Shown: positions 11,533 to 22,263 of the stretch, in pieces
Position numbering within the stretch: position 1 is the first letter of the stretch
Layout: every line of letters starts with the position of its first letter
Origin: an uncultured Methanoregulaceae archaeon
GTDB lineage: Archaea > Halobacteriota > Methanomicrobia > Methanomicrobiales > Methanospirillaceae
DNA length: 64,000 nucleotides
Assembly: GCA_963701095.1 (NCBI GenBank)
Contig: OY969564.1
Coordinates: 256,001 to 320,000 of the forward strand
Direction of reading: 5' to 3'
Translations under genes and position numbers: made by a program
The notes under the pieces: generated by a model
What the model saw: only the letters and a program-made list of their open reading frames with translations
Told to the model about the DNA's origin: nothing
Database searches by the model: none

Positions 11533-12163
11533 GTAATTCAACCTTGATGTCTTTTGCCTCGTTTCCAAAATGGAGCATGGCACAGTACCCGTCCATTGCA
11601 GGACCGGGGTTAATTATTTTGACACCATCAACATCCTTGACACCACGTTGCTCATGAATGTGGGCACAGCAGATAAGATCGAAGTCTTTTAGATGGCGTC
11701 GGATGCTTTGGCTTCCTACATGTTCACCATTGACAAGATCGAGTGTCTCAAAGGGTGGCGCATGAGAGATAAGAACATTGTGCAATGCCTTTTCCATTTT
11801 TACCATTCCCTGGTGAAGTACATCATCGATCTGCTTGTCAGTCAGCTCAAACGGTGTGTTAAAAGGGGTGGGGTTGGAACCGCCTACACCAACAAGTGTC
11901 ATGGTTCCCAGATTAATCTGGGCTCCGTGGAGGCAGACTGCATCCGAGTGTTCAAGCGTATCGAGGATCTCTCTAGGGTCACAGTTTCCCGGTACCGCAA
12001 AACAGGGTACATCAATGCGGGAGAGGACATCGTCAACTGCGTCCACAGGACCCATATTGGTGATATCGCCGGCGATAAATACAGCTTCTGGATTGAGTTC
12101 CAGAAAAGAATCAATTTTACCGAATTGACCGTGGAGATCTGCTATCAATAGCACATCTTTCAT
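11522..12163 (-). CDS. Calcineurin-like metallophosphoesterase
   Basis: DLHG, AGDIT, PGNCD, SHAPP and AHIHE metal-binding motifs. Confidence 0.88.
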   Translation of the reverse strand: MKDVLLIADLHGQFGKIDSFLELNPEAVFIAGDITNMGPVDAVDDVLSRIDVPCFAVPGNCDPREILDTLEHSDAVCLHGAQINLGTMTLVGVGGSNPTPFNTPFELTDKQIDDVLHQGMVKMEKALHNVLISHAPPFETLDLVNGEHVGSQSIRRHLKDFDLICCAHIHEQRGVKDVDGVKIINPGPAMDGYCAMLHFGNEAKDIKVELLTV

Positions 12164-12860
12164 GGTATATCATTTCAAATGCCGTCTAAAAAACCTTATC
12201 GCCCGGATAACAGGAATATAACAGACGTAAAATTTGTTTTAATCTTTCAAATTGTAGTGATAAATCGGATATAACGTCGTAATCTGCGGATTTGGCGGCT
12301 CTTTTATGTTAAAACAAGGGATGTAATCGCGCACACTTCGTAAAATCTCCGGGAATCATATGGCGATATATTCCCCTATACTCCGAAAATCGCTGCAGTT
12401 CCTTGCATGTTAAAATCAATTACACTCCCACCGTTTGTTTTGCATAAAAGGGTCAGGAGACACAGTACCGTAACTCTTTCGGACCTCGGTACAACCTTTT
12501 TAGAGGGGTTTTTCCAAAGCCCGATTTTTGTCTGTCCATATAGGGGCCTGCATGGATATATCCGTTCGATGAAAGAGATAGAAAAATACATCCATTGGGT
12601 GTTCAATTTTACCCAGGTGATTTTTGCCAGTATTTCAATTCGAGCAGCTTTCATTTCCATTTTGAGCATATATAACCTGGAAAAAAGCTGATGGTGAAAC
12701 GAAAAGATCTTTTCCGTTATGAAATGAACGTTTGGGAACTCTTTTAAGGTAAGGAAATACCGGCTCGGCGATCAAAATCAAGGTGAGCGCTCAAACCTTT
12801 CAAGATTCATGATCTCTTTTGCTGTTTTGATCGTGGTTGGGGAATTCTAAAGAGTATTGT

Positions 12861-12908
12861 CATTATTAATCTTGATGGAAGGAATGTTCTTACTATCAAA
12901 TATAAATA
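12861..12908 (+). promoter_or_regulatory. Candidate nif promoter: TATA-like boxes with an imperfect NrpR-type operator
   Basis: TTATTAAT near 12863; GGAA-GGAATG-TTCT at 12877-12890 (1 mismatch to GGAA-N6-TTCC); TATAAATA at 12901. Confidence 0.5.
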
Positions 12909-13312
12909 TTTGTAATGCAATTATGATCTTGTAGAATGGAGGAATGATGCCAGACACATTGCTTAATTCGAGAACTTCTCTCGGAAACAAGGTACTCGCG
13001 AAGCCCCAACAGAAATCGAGGGGCACAATAACACGATTATGCTCGGTTACTGCATCGGATATTTTGAAGCGGTTGATCTACTCTAGGGCGGAATGACGAA
13101 TGCTCACACGTGTGAGGCGAGTTAAGAGCACGAACTCCTCCGCAATTACACGTGCTTTCGGCAGCTAGTCCCGAACCGGGAGTTGGATAAAACAGCTTGT
13201 GGCGAAAGGGGAAGCATGCACCCTTATTTTCCTGCAATATCCCTTGCACGAGCAAAACATGCAAAGATCGGTGATCATCTGCAGGAATCTAATGACGAAA
13301 TCCGGACTATAG

Positions 13313-14199
<887 letters not shown>

Positions 14200-14241
14200 A
14201 AGGCTGTAATTCGAGATTTTAAGAAAAAACCTGGCGGATGT

Positions 14242-14574
14242 GTGATTGTGTTATTAATACGTGCAATTGTTCGACCGGAGAAGAAAGATGAAGTTCTTGA
14301 GGAACTTTCTTCTGCGGGATTTAATGCGGCAACAATGGTAGATGTCGTCGGCCGTGGAAAGCAGAAAGGCATTAAAATCGGTGGCATGGTATACGACGAG
14401 ATCCCGAAGATCCTAATTCTTGTCGCGATCCAAGATGCGGACAAGGAAAAGGTCATCAAAACGATCTTAAAGACCGCAAAGACGGGGACCGAGGGGACAT
14501 TTGGTGACGGGAAGATCTTTGTTTCCCCAATCGAAGAGGTCTATACCATTTCAAAGGGTATTCAAGGACTCTAG
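14242..14574 (+). CDS. nifI1: PII-family nitrogenase regulator NifI1
   Basis: AIVRPEK, GRGKQKG and GDGKIFV motifs; located between nifH and nifD. Confidence 0.93.
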   Translation: MIVLLIRAIVRPEKKDEVLEELSSAGFNAATMVDVVGRGKQKGIKIGGMVYDEIPKILILVAIQDADKEKVIKTILKTAKTGTEGTFGDGKIFVSPIEEVYTISKGIQGL

Positions 14575-14585
14575 GGAGGACTGCT

Positions 14586-15005
14586 ATGAAAGAGATTATG
14601 GCAGTCATCCGGATGAGGAGAACCAGCGCCACAAAAAAAGCACTTATCGCAGCAGGCGTGGCTGGTTTTACCGCGGTCAAGGTGTCCGGCCGGGGCAGGT
14701 TGGTAACCGATCTGACACAAATAGAAGAATGCAAAGAGAAGCTTCTGTCGATGGGCGTCAATGACTTTGGCGGGGTAGAAGATACCGAAAAACTGGTAAC
14801 GAGTTTCCTCAATGGTTCGAGGTTCTTCCCCAGAAGGCTCTTTAAGATCCTTGCTCACGATGAGGATGTGCCCCGTATTGTGGATGCAATAACCTGTGCT
14901 AACAAAACCGAATACGGCATTGGAGACGGTGTGATCTTTGTATTGCCGGTTCTCGACGCGGTTCGTGTTCGCACCGGTGAATCAGGAGAGGCAGCGATTT
15001 GGTGA
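14586..15005 (+). CDS. nifI2: PII-family nitrogenase regulator NifI2
   Basis: MKEIMAVIR, long T-loop, GDGVIFV and RVRTGESG motifs. Confidence 0.92.
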   Translation: MKEIMAVIRMRRTSATKKALIAAGVAGFTAVKVSGRGRLVTDLTQIEECKEKLLSMGVNDFGGVEDTEKLVTSFLNGSRFFPRRLFKILAHDEDVPRIVDAITCANKTEYGIGDGVIFVLPVLDAVRVRTGESGEAAIW

Positions 15006-15018
15006 GGTGACATAAGCT

Positions 15019-16644
15019 ATGGCAGACACTGAAAGTACAATCGACGAGATGATGACACCATACCCGGAGACGGTCAAGAAAAACCGGAAGAAGCACCTCA
15101 TCATCAAGGATGAGGAGGCTGCATGTTGTCCCCAGATCGAAGCGAACACAAGAACTATCCCCGGCATCATATCACAGCGAGGTTGTGCATACGCTGGATG
15201 CAAAAGTGTTGTTGTTGGTCCTATCAAGGACATGGTGACCATTACCCACGGTCCGGTAGGTTGTGGATATTATAGCTGGGGCACACGCCGGAACAAGGCA
15301 AGGGCAGATGATACGACACCCAATGACAAAATATACTCCCAGCTCTGCTTCACCACCGACATGCAGGAACCGGATATCGTCTTTGGCGGTGAGAAGAAAC
15401 TCGCACGTATGATAGATGAGGTTGTTGCCGCGTTCCACCCGCGTGCAATCAATATCTGCGCAACATGCCCGGTCGGGCTTATCGGAGACGATTTAGGTGC
15501 GGTTGCAAAAGCGGCAGAAGAGCGGCACGGGATCCAGGTGCTGGCCTATAACTGCGAGGGTTACAAGGGGGTCAGCCAATCGGCAGGCCACCACATTGCA
15601 AACAATAATGTGATGGAAAAAATTGTCGGTAAAGGAACCGAGCGAAAACCTGGTAGGTTTATCATTAATCTCCTTGGTGAATACAACATCGGTGGCGACG
15701 GTTGGGAGCTTGAGCGGATCCTTAAGGAGATCGGCTACATCGTTAATTGCGTCCTTACCGGGGATTCAAGTTACCTTGACATAAAGAACCTGCACCTTGC
15801 GGACTTAAATCTCGTCCAGTGCCACAGATCGATTAATTACATCGCTGAGATGATGGAAGCAAAGTACGGAACACCATGGCTGAAGGTCAATTTCATCGGT
15901 ATTGACGCAACAAACCAGTCTCTACGCCAGGTCGCGCGATGTTTCGGGGACGAGGAACTTGTCAGGAAAACCGAGGAAATTATTGAGCGGGAGACCGCCC
16001 GGGTTACTCCTACGCTCGACCAGTACCGGAAGGTACTGCTGGGCAAGACCGCATTTGCAATAGTCGGCGGCTCACGGAGTCACCACTATCAATATCTCCT
16101 TCGTGATCTTGGTATGGAAATGATCATTGCCGGTTATGAGTTTGCTCACCGGGACGATTACGAAGGCAGACAGGTGATCCCCACCATTAAGACCGATGCT
16201 GATAGCAAGAACATTCCAGAACTTCACCTCGTCCCTGATGAAAAAATGTACAAGGAAGCTCACGCTCACCTGAATATGTCAAAGGAAAAGTTCGACGAAA
16301 TGAACGCCGAAGTCCCTCTTAATTATTACGAAGGCATCTACCCAAACATGAAAAGCGGGCAGATTATCATCGATGACGCAAACCACCATGAGGTCGAAGT
16401 CCTGATACAGGCCGCAAAACCCGACCTCTTCCTCTCGGGAGTCAGGGACAAGTATATCGTCCACAAGATGGGCGTGGCTTCGAAACAGCTCCATGCCTAT
16501 GACTACAGCGGCCCCTATGCAGGATACAATGGTGCGATAAACTTCGCCCGTGATGTCGCAAAAGCCCTGACAACCCCTGCATGGAAATTGATCACCCCCC
16601 CATGGGAGAAAGAAAAAGAAACCCGGAGTGAGTCCGATGCTTGA
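15019..16644 (+). CDS. nifD: MoFe protein alpha chain NifD (group II type with internal insertion)
   Basis: P-cluster RGCAYAGC, HGPVGC, TCPVGLIGDD; FeMo-co ligands QCHRS and LHAYDY; YEFAHRDDY. Confidence 0.97.
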   Translation: MADTESTIDEMMTPYPETVKKNRKKHLIIKDEEAACCPQIEANTRTIPGIISQRGCAYAGCKSVVVGPIKDMVTITHGPVGCGYYSWGTRRNKARADDTTPNDKIYSQLCFTTDMQEPDIVFGGEKKLARMIDEVVAAFHPRAINICATCPVGLIGDDLGAVAKAAEERHGIQVLAYNCEGYKGVSQSAGHHIANNNVMEKIVGKGTERKPGRFIINLLGEYNIGGDGWELERILKEIGYIVNCVLTGDSSYLDIKNLHLADLNLVQCHRSINYIAEMMEAKYGTPWLKVNFIGIDATNQSLRQVARCFGDEELVRKTEEIIERETARVTPTLDQYRKVLLGKTAFAIVGGSRSHHYQYLLRDLGMEMIIAGYEFAHRDDYEGRQVIPTIKTDADSKNIPELHLVPDEKMYKEAHAHLNMSKEKFDEMNAEVPLNYYEGIYPNMKSGQIIIDDANHHEVEVLIQAAKPDLFLSGVRDKYIVHKMGVASKQLHAYDYSGPYAGYNGAINFARDVAKALTTPAWKLITPPWEKEKETRSESDA

Positions 16645-18004
16645 ATGTGTACCGGAAGAAACAGTGAGCCACACGACAGGGAAGATCAACCCGGCAAAGA
16701 CCTGCCAGCCGATCGGCGCAATGTATGCGGCGCTTGGTATTTATGGATGCCTACCGCACAGTCATGGCTCGCAGGGTTGCTGTGCATATCACCGCATGCA
16801 TCTTACCCGGCATTTCCGTGACCCGGTGATTGCATCATCGAGCTCCTTTACTGAAGGAGCATCGGTCTTTGGCGGGGCAGCGAACTTAAAAACCTCTATA
16901 AAAAATGTCTTTACGATCTACAACCCCGAGGTCGTGGCTGTCCATACTACCTGTCTTTCGGAGACAATTGGCGATGATATCCCAAACATCCTCAAACAGG
17001 CCGAGATTCCCGAAGGAAAAGTGGTTATCCACGCTAACACGCCAAGTTACGCGGGTTCGCACATTACGGGTTTCTCAAACATGTGCAAAGCGATGGTCTC
17101 CTATCTTGCACAGTCCGATGGAGTGGTCAAAAAAGAGCAGGCAAACGTCCTGCCGGGTTTTGTCAATCCCGGGGATATGCGGGAGATCCGGCGCATCGTC
17201 TCGTCCCTCGGTATAAAACTTATCATGTTTCCGGACACATCCGGTGTCCTGGACTCGCCCCTTACAAGCAGGTACCAGATGTATCCTGAAGGTGGGGCAA
17301 CCGTTGCCGAAATTCGGGATTCGGGAAACTCGGAGGTCACGCTCGCACTTGGTGCATTTGCATCGCATGATGCTGCCGATATTCTTCAGGAAAAATGCGG
17401 TGTTACCGGTATTCCCTTAAAACTCCCCATTGGTCTTAAAGCCACCGATGATTTCATTATGGCGTTAAAAGACTGGTTTGGTGTTGAAGTTCCCGGTGCC
17501 TTGACTCTCGAACGTGGTCAGGTCATCGATACGCTGATCGACACCCATTTCCACTACCAGGGAAAAACGGTCGCTATCTTTGGGGATCCTGATCACGTCA
17601 TTGCCATGACTGAATTTGCGCTTACGATGGGTATGATCCCCAAATACCTGCTCACCGGTACACCCGGGAAGGAGTTCGAAGCGACCCTCAATAAAATGCT
17701 TGAAGAGGCAGGCATACAGGAAAGTCGGGTCAAGGCGGACGGGGATCTCTTCGATCTTCACCAATGGATCCGGGAAGAAAAAGTGGATCTCATGATCGGT
17801 ACAACTTATGGGAAATACATCTCCCGTGCAGAGGATATCCCGTTGGTCAGGTTCGGGTTTCCCATTCTTGACCGGGCCGTCCACCCGCTTATGCCCGTTG
17901 TTGGTTACCGAGGCTGCCTTCGCCTGATCGAGCAGATCAGTAACGCACTCCTCGAACGTCGTGATCGCGATGCTTTAGACGAGGATTTCGAACTGGTACT
18001 GTAA
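16637..18004 (+). CDS. nifK: MoFe protein beta chain NifK
   Basis: NPAKTCQPIGA, HGSQGCCAY, TTCLSETIGDD and GFPILDR motifs. Confidence 0.97.
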   Translation: MLECVPEETVSHTTGKINPAKTCQPIGAMYAALGIYGCLPHSHGSQGCCAYHRMHLTRHFRDPVIASSSSFTEGASVFGGAANLKTSIKNVFTIYNPEVVAVHTTCLSETIGDDIPNILKQAEIPEGKVVIHANTPSYAGSHITGFSNMCKAMVSYLAQSDGVVKKEQANVLPGFVNPGDMREIRRIVSSLGIKLIMFPDTSGVLDSPLTSRYQMYPEGGATVAEIRDSGNSEVTLALGAFASHDAADILQEKCGVTGIPLKLPIGLKATDDFIMALKDWFGVEVPGALTLERGQVIDTLIDTHFHYQGKTVAIFGDPDHVIAMTEFALTMGMIPKYLLTGTPGKEFEATLNKMLEEAGIQESRVKADGDLFDLHQWIREEKVDLMIGTTYGKYISRAEDIPLVRFGFPILDRAVHPLMPVVGYRGCLRLIEQISNALLERRDRDALDEDFELVL

Positions 18005-18046
18005 GGACGAAAAAGAATTCCTTTTGGAAGAAAAGGAGGAGATATT

Positions 18047-19438
18047 ATGGAAGATTTATGTACGTTCCCGGCCAGTGCCGTCGCATGCATTGCTGAACGA
18101 CAGGATTCTATCCTGACGGCAGGCAAAAGCCGAGCACGCATCCACTGTGCTGATGACAGTCTTGCCGGTTCGGTCAGCCAGAGAGCCTGCGTGTTCTGCG
18201 GTGCCCGGGTCGTGTTAAACCCGGTCACCGATGCGGTCCACCTGGTTCACGGACCTATCGGCTGCGCCACCTATACCATGGACATCAGGGGGAGTCTGTC
18301 GAGCGGCTCCGAGTTATACCGCAACAGCTTCTCCACTGATATGAAAGAGAAAGATGTCATTTTCGGCGGCGAAAAAAAACTTACGGTCTGTATCGATGAG
18401 GTGGTAGGAAAATACCATCCACCGGCAGTATTTGTATACGCGACCTGTGTTTCGGGCATGATCGGCGATGATATCATTGCAGTCTGCAAGCAGGCCTCCA
18501 TCCGTCACGGTATTGATGTCATCCCGGTCGAATCCAGTGGGTTTATTTCCGGGAATAAGGTTGTCGGTTATCGGGCAGCAGCAGAAGCCCTTCTCCGGCT
18601 TATCCGCCCAAAAGAGGGAGAGACCATTGAAAAAACACAAAAGATCAATTTCCTCGGCGAATATAACCTCGGTGGGGAAAAATGGCTGGTCGAACGCTAC
18701 CTGAAGGAGATGGGCATTGAGATCAATGTTGCTTTCACGGGCGATTCAAATGTCGCTGCACTTAAACGTGCACCTTCAGCGTGCCTGAACCTCGTACAAT
18801 GTACCGGGTCGATGCACTGGGTTGCTGTAAGTCTCGAAAAATCCTTTGGAACGCCCTATATGGATGTGAATTTCTTCGGGCCGGAGAACACGGCGGAAAG
18901 TCTCCGAAAGATTGCAGCATTCTATGCTGATGAGGGTATCTCTCAGCGTGCAGAAACACTGATTGCTCGGGAGATGGGTCGGATCCGTCCCATGCTTGAG
19001 AAATACCGCAGTAAGCTTCGGGGGAAACGTGCTGCCATCTATGTGGGTGGTGCATACAAGGCGATTGCCATCATCCGCCAGCTCCGGGGCCTTGGTATGG
19101 AGATCGTGCTCTCCGGTACCCAGACCGGCAACCAGGACGAGTACGAAAGCATGAGCCGGCTGCTTTCCGAAGGCACAATCATTATTGATGACGCAAACCC
19201 GGCAGAACTGGAGAAATTCCTTCTCGAAAAGAAAGTGGATGTCATGGTCGGCGGTGTTAAAGAGCGTGTCCTTGCGTACAAACTTGGTATTGGTTTTGTT
19301 GACCACAACCATGACAGGAAAGACGGTCTTGCCGGATTTGATGGTGCCGTTCGTTTTGCCCGGGAGGTCTATGTTACAACGTGCTCACCGGTGTGGCAGC
19401 ATATTCGCACCCCGGCTTACGAGGATGTGTACTCATGA
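18047..19438 (+). CDS. nifE: FeMo-cofactor scaffold NifE
   Basis: SQRACVFCGA, HGPIGCA and TCVSGMIGDD motifs; position after nifK. Confidence 0.93.
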   Translation: MEDLCTFPASAVACIAERQDSILTAGKSRARIHCADDSLAGSVSQRACVFCGARVVLNPVTDAVHLVHGPIGCATYTMDIRGSLSSGSELYRNSFSTDMKEKDVIFGGEKKLTVCIDEVVGKYHPPAVFVYATCVSGMIGDDIIAVCKQASIRHGIDVIPVESSGFISGNKVVGYRAAAEALLRLIRPKEGETIEKTQKINFLGEYNLGGEKWLVERYLKEMGIEINVAFTGDSNVAALKRAPSACLNLVQCTGSMHWVAVSLEKSFGTPYMDVNFFGPENTAESLRKIAAFYADEGISQRAETLIAREMGRIRPMLEKYRSKLRGKRAAIYVGGAYKAIAIIRQLRGLGMEIVLSGTQTGNQDEYESMSRLLSEGTIIIDDANPAELEKFLLEKKVDVMVGGVKERVLAYKLGIGFVDHNHDRKDGLAGFDGAVRFAREVYVTTCSPVWQHIRTPAYEDVYS

Positions 19439-20835
19439 CGGGTACACAGGTCGCACCAGTATCTGCAGATCTCCCCAGGTCTCGGCAGGTCAGCGAAAAC
19501 CAGTGCCATATGTGCATGTCGATTGGCGCTGTTGCCGTATTCAAAGGTATTGAAAATGCGATGGTCCTTGTCCACGGATCGCAGGGCTGCAGTACCTACA
19601 TGCGCCTCGCAAATGTCGAGCATTACAATGAGCCGGTCGATATTGCATCCTCATCATTGAACGAGAAGCAGGCCATCTATGGCGGTGAGGCTAATCTCAG
19701 GAAAGCGATGGACAATGTGATCCGGGTCTATCAACCGGTGGTGCTGGGGATCCTGACAACATGTCTTTCCGAAACAATGGGAGAGGATCTTGAACGGATT
19801 GTCTCTTCATATGTACAGGAAAAAGGGATTACTCGTGTCTCTATCATCCCGATAAACACTCCCAGTTATAGTGGGTCACAGAGTGAGGGGTTTTGGGCAG
19901 CGACACGAGGGGTGATCGCATATTGTGCCCGCCCTACTCTGCCGCATCAGCGCATTAACGTTATCGTCCCCCATATCAGCCCTGCCGACATCAGGGAGAT
20001 TAAACGCATTCTTGACTGTACGGGACTTTCGTATACGCTTATCCCGGATTATTCGATGACCCTTGACCGCCCGTATGAGGGACGGTACTTAAAAATAGCG
20101 CCCGGCGGGACTTCGGTTAAAGAGATAGCTGAAATGCCCGGATCTCCGGTTACTATCCAGTTTGGTTCTACCTGCCCAAATTCCCTGTCTCCGGGTTTAT
20201 TTCTTAAAGAGAAGTTCGGCGTTCCGCTCATCAACCTGCCCTTGCCCATTGGCCTTAAAAATACCGACCTCTTTGTCGAGACAATCACCAAAATCAGTGG
20301 ACAACCAGTACCTGACGCACTTACACTTGAACGCGGTTGGCTGCTCGATGGTATGGCCGATTCCCATAAGTTCAACGCAGAAGGAAGACCGGTTATCTAT
20401 GGGGAACCTGAGCTGGTTTATGCTTTTGCCACGCTCTGTGCGGAGAATGGTGCGGGCCCGGCGGTTATTGCAAGTGGCACAACAAACAGCCTGATTGCAA
20501 CATGTCTTGCTCCCCTTATTGAAACTGCTGATGAACCCCCGGTCATTCTTGAAGGAGCCGACATTGCGGCAATAGAAGAAGCGGCGTTGAAAACAGGATC
20601 AAACATTGCCATAGGTCATTCCGGGGGAAAATCCCTTACCGAACGACATAGCCTCCCCTTAGTGAGGGTTGGTTTTCCCATCCATGACCGGACTGGTGGC
20701 CAGAGGATCCTGTCTGCCGGATACCGGGGCACGCTAGCGTTTCTTGATCGCTTTACAAACACGCTTCTTGAAACCAAGTATGCAACGTACCGCCAGAAAA
20801 TAAAAGAAGAATATTGTAACACGGAGGGTATCTGA
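19435..20835 (+). CDS. nifN: FeMo-cofactor scaffold NifN
   Basis: HGSQGCSTY, TTCLSETMGED and GFPIHDR motifs; ATGA overlap with nifE. Confidence 0.92.
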   Translation: MTGTQVAPVSADLPRSRQVSENQCHMCMSIGAVAVFKGIENAMVLVHGSQGCSTYMRLANVEHYNEPVDIASSSLNEKQAIYGGEANLRKAMDNVIRVYQPVVLGILTTCLSETMGEDLERIVSSYVQEKGITRVSIIPINTPSYSGSQSEGFWAATRGVIAYCARPTLPHQRINVIVPHISPADIREIKRILDCTGLSYTLIPDYSMTLDRPYEGRYLKIAPGGTSVKEIAEMPGSPVTIQFGSTCPNSLSPGLFLKEKFGVPLINLPLPIGLKNTDLFVETITKISGQPVPDALTLERGWLLDGMADSHKFNAEGRPVIYGEPELVYAFATLCAENGAGPAVIASGTTNSLIATCLAPLIETADEPPVILEGADIAAIEEAALKTGSNIAIGHSGGKSLTERHSLPLVRVGFPIHDRTGGQRILSAGYRGTLAFLDRFTNTLLETKYATYRQKIKEEYCNTEGI

Positions 20836-20837
20836 TT

Positions 20838-21146
20838 ATGCAAAAACCCAAACACCATATCTTTGTCTGCACAAGCTCCCGGGCAAACGGGCAACAAAAA
20901 GGATTCTGCCACGCAAAGGAAGGAGTCAGCATCATGGCAAAATTCATGGAGGAGATTGAAGAACGCGACTTAGGTGGAGAAGTATATCTGTCCAATACCG
21001 GCTGTTTCGGTATTTGCGAGAAAGGGCCTGTGGTGGTCGTATACCCGGACAATGTCTGGTATGGTTCGGTAATTCCTGATGATGTCCCCGTAATCCTTGA
21101 TGAACATATTGAGGGAGGAAAAGTGGTGGACCGCCTACTCATCTGA
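20838..21146 (+). CDS. Thioredoxin-like [2Fe-2S] ferredoxin
   Basis: HIFVC...GFC...TGCFGIC..GPVVVVYPDNVWY pattern. Confidence 0.9.
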   Translation: MQKPKHHIFVCTSSRANGQQKGFCHAKEGVSIMAKFMEEIEERDLGGEVYLSNTGCFGICEKGPVVVVYPDNVWYGSVIPDDVPVILDEHIEGGKVVDRLLI

Positions 21147-21174
21147 GTGGATAGTCTTGTTTTTGGAGAAGATG

Positions 21175-21813
21175 ATGGCAGACGAAATTGCTGTGGTTCT
21201 TGGAGAAAATGGTTCGAGTTCCTCGCTGAACGAACCGGGAATGATAGTTGTCTTTGCCCGCACTAAAGGATCCTGGAAAAAGGATCGAGAGATGCCGCTT
21301 GTCCTTGACCCGGCTCAGGGAATGAAAGGGATGCGCGAAAAAATGGCAGGTATCATTGAATTTATGAGGAGCAGCCGGATCGTGGTTACCTCATCAGCCA
21401 GTGGAGCTCCATACTTTGAGCTCGAAAAAGCCCGCTGTGCTATTTGGGAAATCTCAGGGAAACCACAGGATTTTCTCAGTCAGGTCTGGGCAGATGAAGA
21501 AAAAGAGATGGCAAAGGAAAGAACCTCGTTACAAAAACGAGAAGGATCCGGGATACCCGTGCCTTTGGAAAAAACCCCGGGTACCTTTTACATTTCGATA
21601 AAAGAAGTCCAGGGCAAACGTCCTGATATCTCAAGCAAACAGGTACTCCAGCAATTTATTCAGAAAGGGGGGTTCCTGATCCTTGATATCATCTGCACCC
21701 ATGTGCCACCATGGATAGAAGTTGAAGCAGAGCGCCGTGGCTATACCCTAGAAACCGAAATGGTGGATAACGAAACCACCAGAGTCAGGTTAACGACATC
21801 CGCCAGTAAATAA
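21175..21813 (+). CDS. AnfO-like nitrogenase accessory protein
   Basis: IAVVLGENG N-terminal domain; C-terminal SSKQVLQQF...LDIICTHVPPW typical of the AnfO family. Confidence 0.7.
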   Translation: MADEIAVVLGENGSSSSLNEPGMIVVFARTKGSWKKDREMPLVLDPAQGMKGMREKMAGIIEFMRSSRIVVTSSASGAPYFELEKARCAIWEISGKPQDFLSQVWADEEKEMAKERTSLQKREGSGIPVPLEKTPGTFYISIKEVQGKRPDISSKQVLQQFIQKGGFLILDIICTHVPPWIEVEAERRGYTLETEMVDNETTRVRLTTSASK

Positions 21814-21886
21814 TATTATAACCAAACATCACTAGAGCGTTAGAACGAGAAAATACACCAGAAATTACATAAAAAGGAGGACATTC

Positions 21887-22216
21887 ATGAAGATGGTTCA
21901 AGCTATAATCCGGGCTGAGAAACTGGATATCATAAAAAAGGCACTCGAAGAGAAAGGTTTCATCGCCATGAGTATCATGGAAATTACCGGCAGGGGAGAA
22001 CAGAAAGGCATTACCCTTGAATACCGGGGTGCCATGGTAGAAGTGGATACCCTTCCTAAAATCATGATCCAGATGGCAGTTAACGATGAGGATGTCGATC
22101 CTATCATTGCCATCATCCGGGCTGCTGGTAGGACCGGGAATTTTGGTGACGGGAAGATCTTTGTCTGGCCTCTTGATCTGATGGCAAAGGTACGAACTGA
22201 TGAAGTCTGGAAATGA
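21887..22216 (+). CDS. glnK: PII nitrogen regulator (GlnK/GlnB type)
   Basis: MKMVQAIIR, GRGEQKG, YRG, TGNFGDGKIFV; AGGAGG RBS. Confidence 0.88.
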   Translation: MKMVQAIIRAEKLDIIKKALEEKGFIAMSIMEITGRGEQKGITLEYRGAMVEVDTLPKIMIQMAVNDEDVDPIIAIIRAAGRTGNFGDGKIFVWPLDLMAKVRTDEVWK

Positions 22217-22263
22217 GATTCAAACTATAAGGTAAATTCTGATATTGTATTTGGGAGTGTAGT

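Noticed and set aside
12376..12691. Overlapping 94-97 aa ORFs on both strands upstream of nif
   Set aside because: No recognisable motifs or RBS; likely spurious in a long intergenic region
13289..13300. Hammerhead-like CTAATGA-CGAAA string in the nif leader
   Set aside because: The core deviates from CTGATGA, there is no stem II, and flanking stems I and III are not convincing
15019..21813. Alternative (V or Fe-only) nitrogenase, suggested by the AnfO-like gene
   Set aside because: No anfG/vnfG gene, nifEN are present, and NifD motifs fit a group II Mo enzyme
21887..22216. This PII as a cyanobacterial-type Ser49 or enteric Tyr51 modification target
   Set aside because: The T-loop reads YRGAMVEVD and lacks both residues, so any modification would have to be elsewhere
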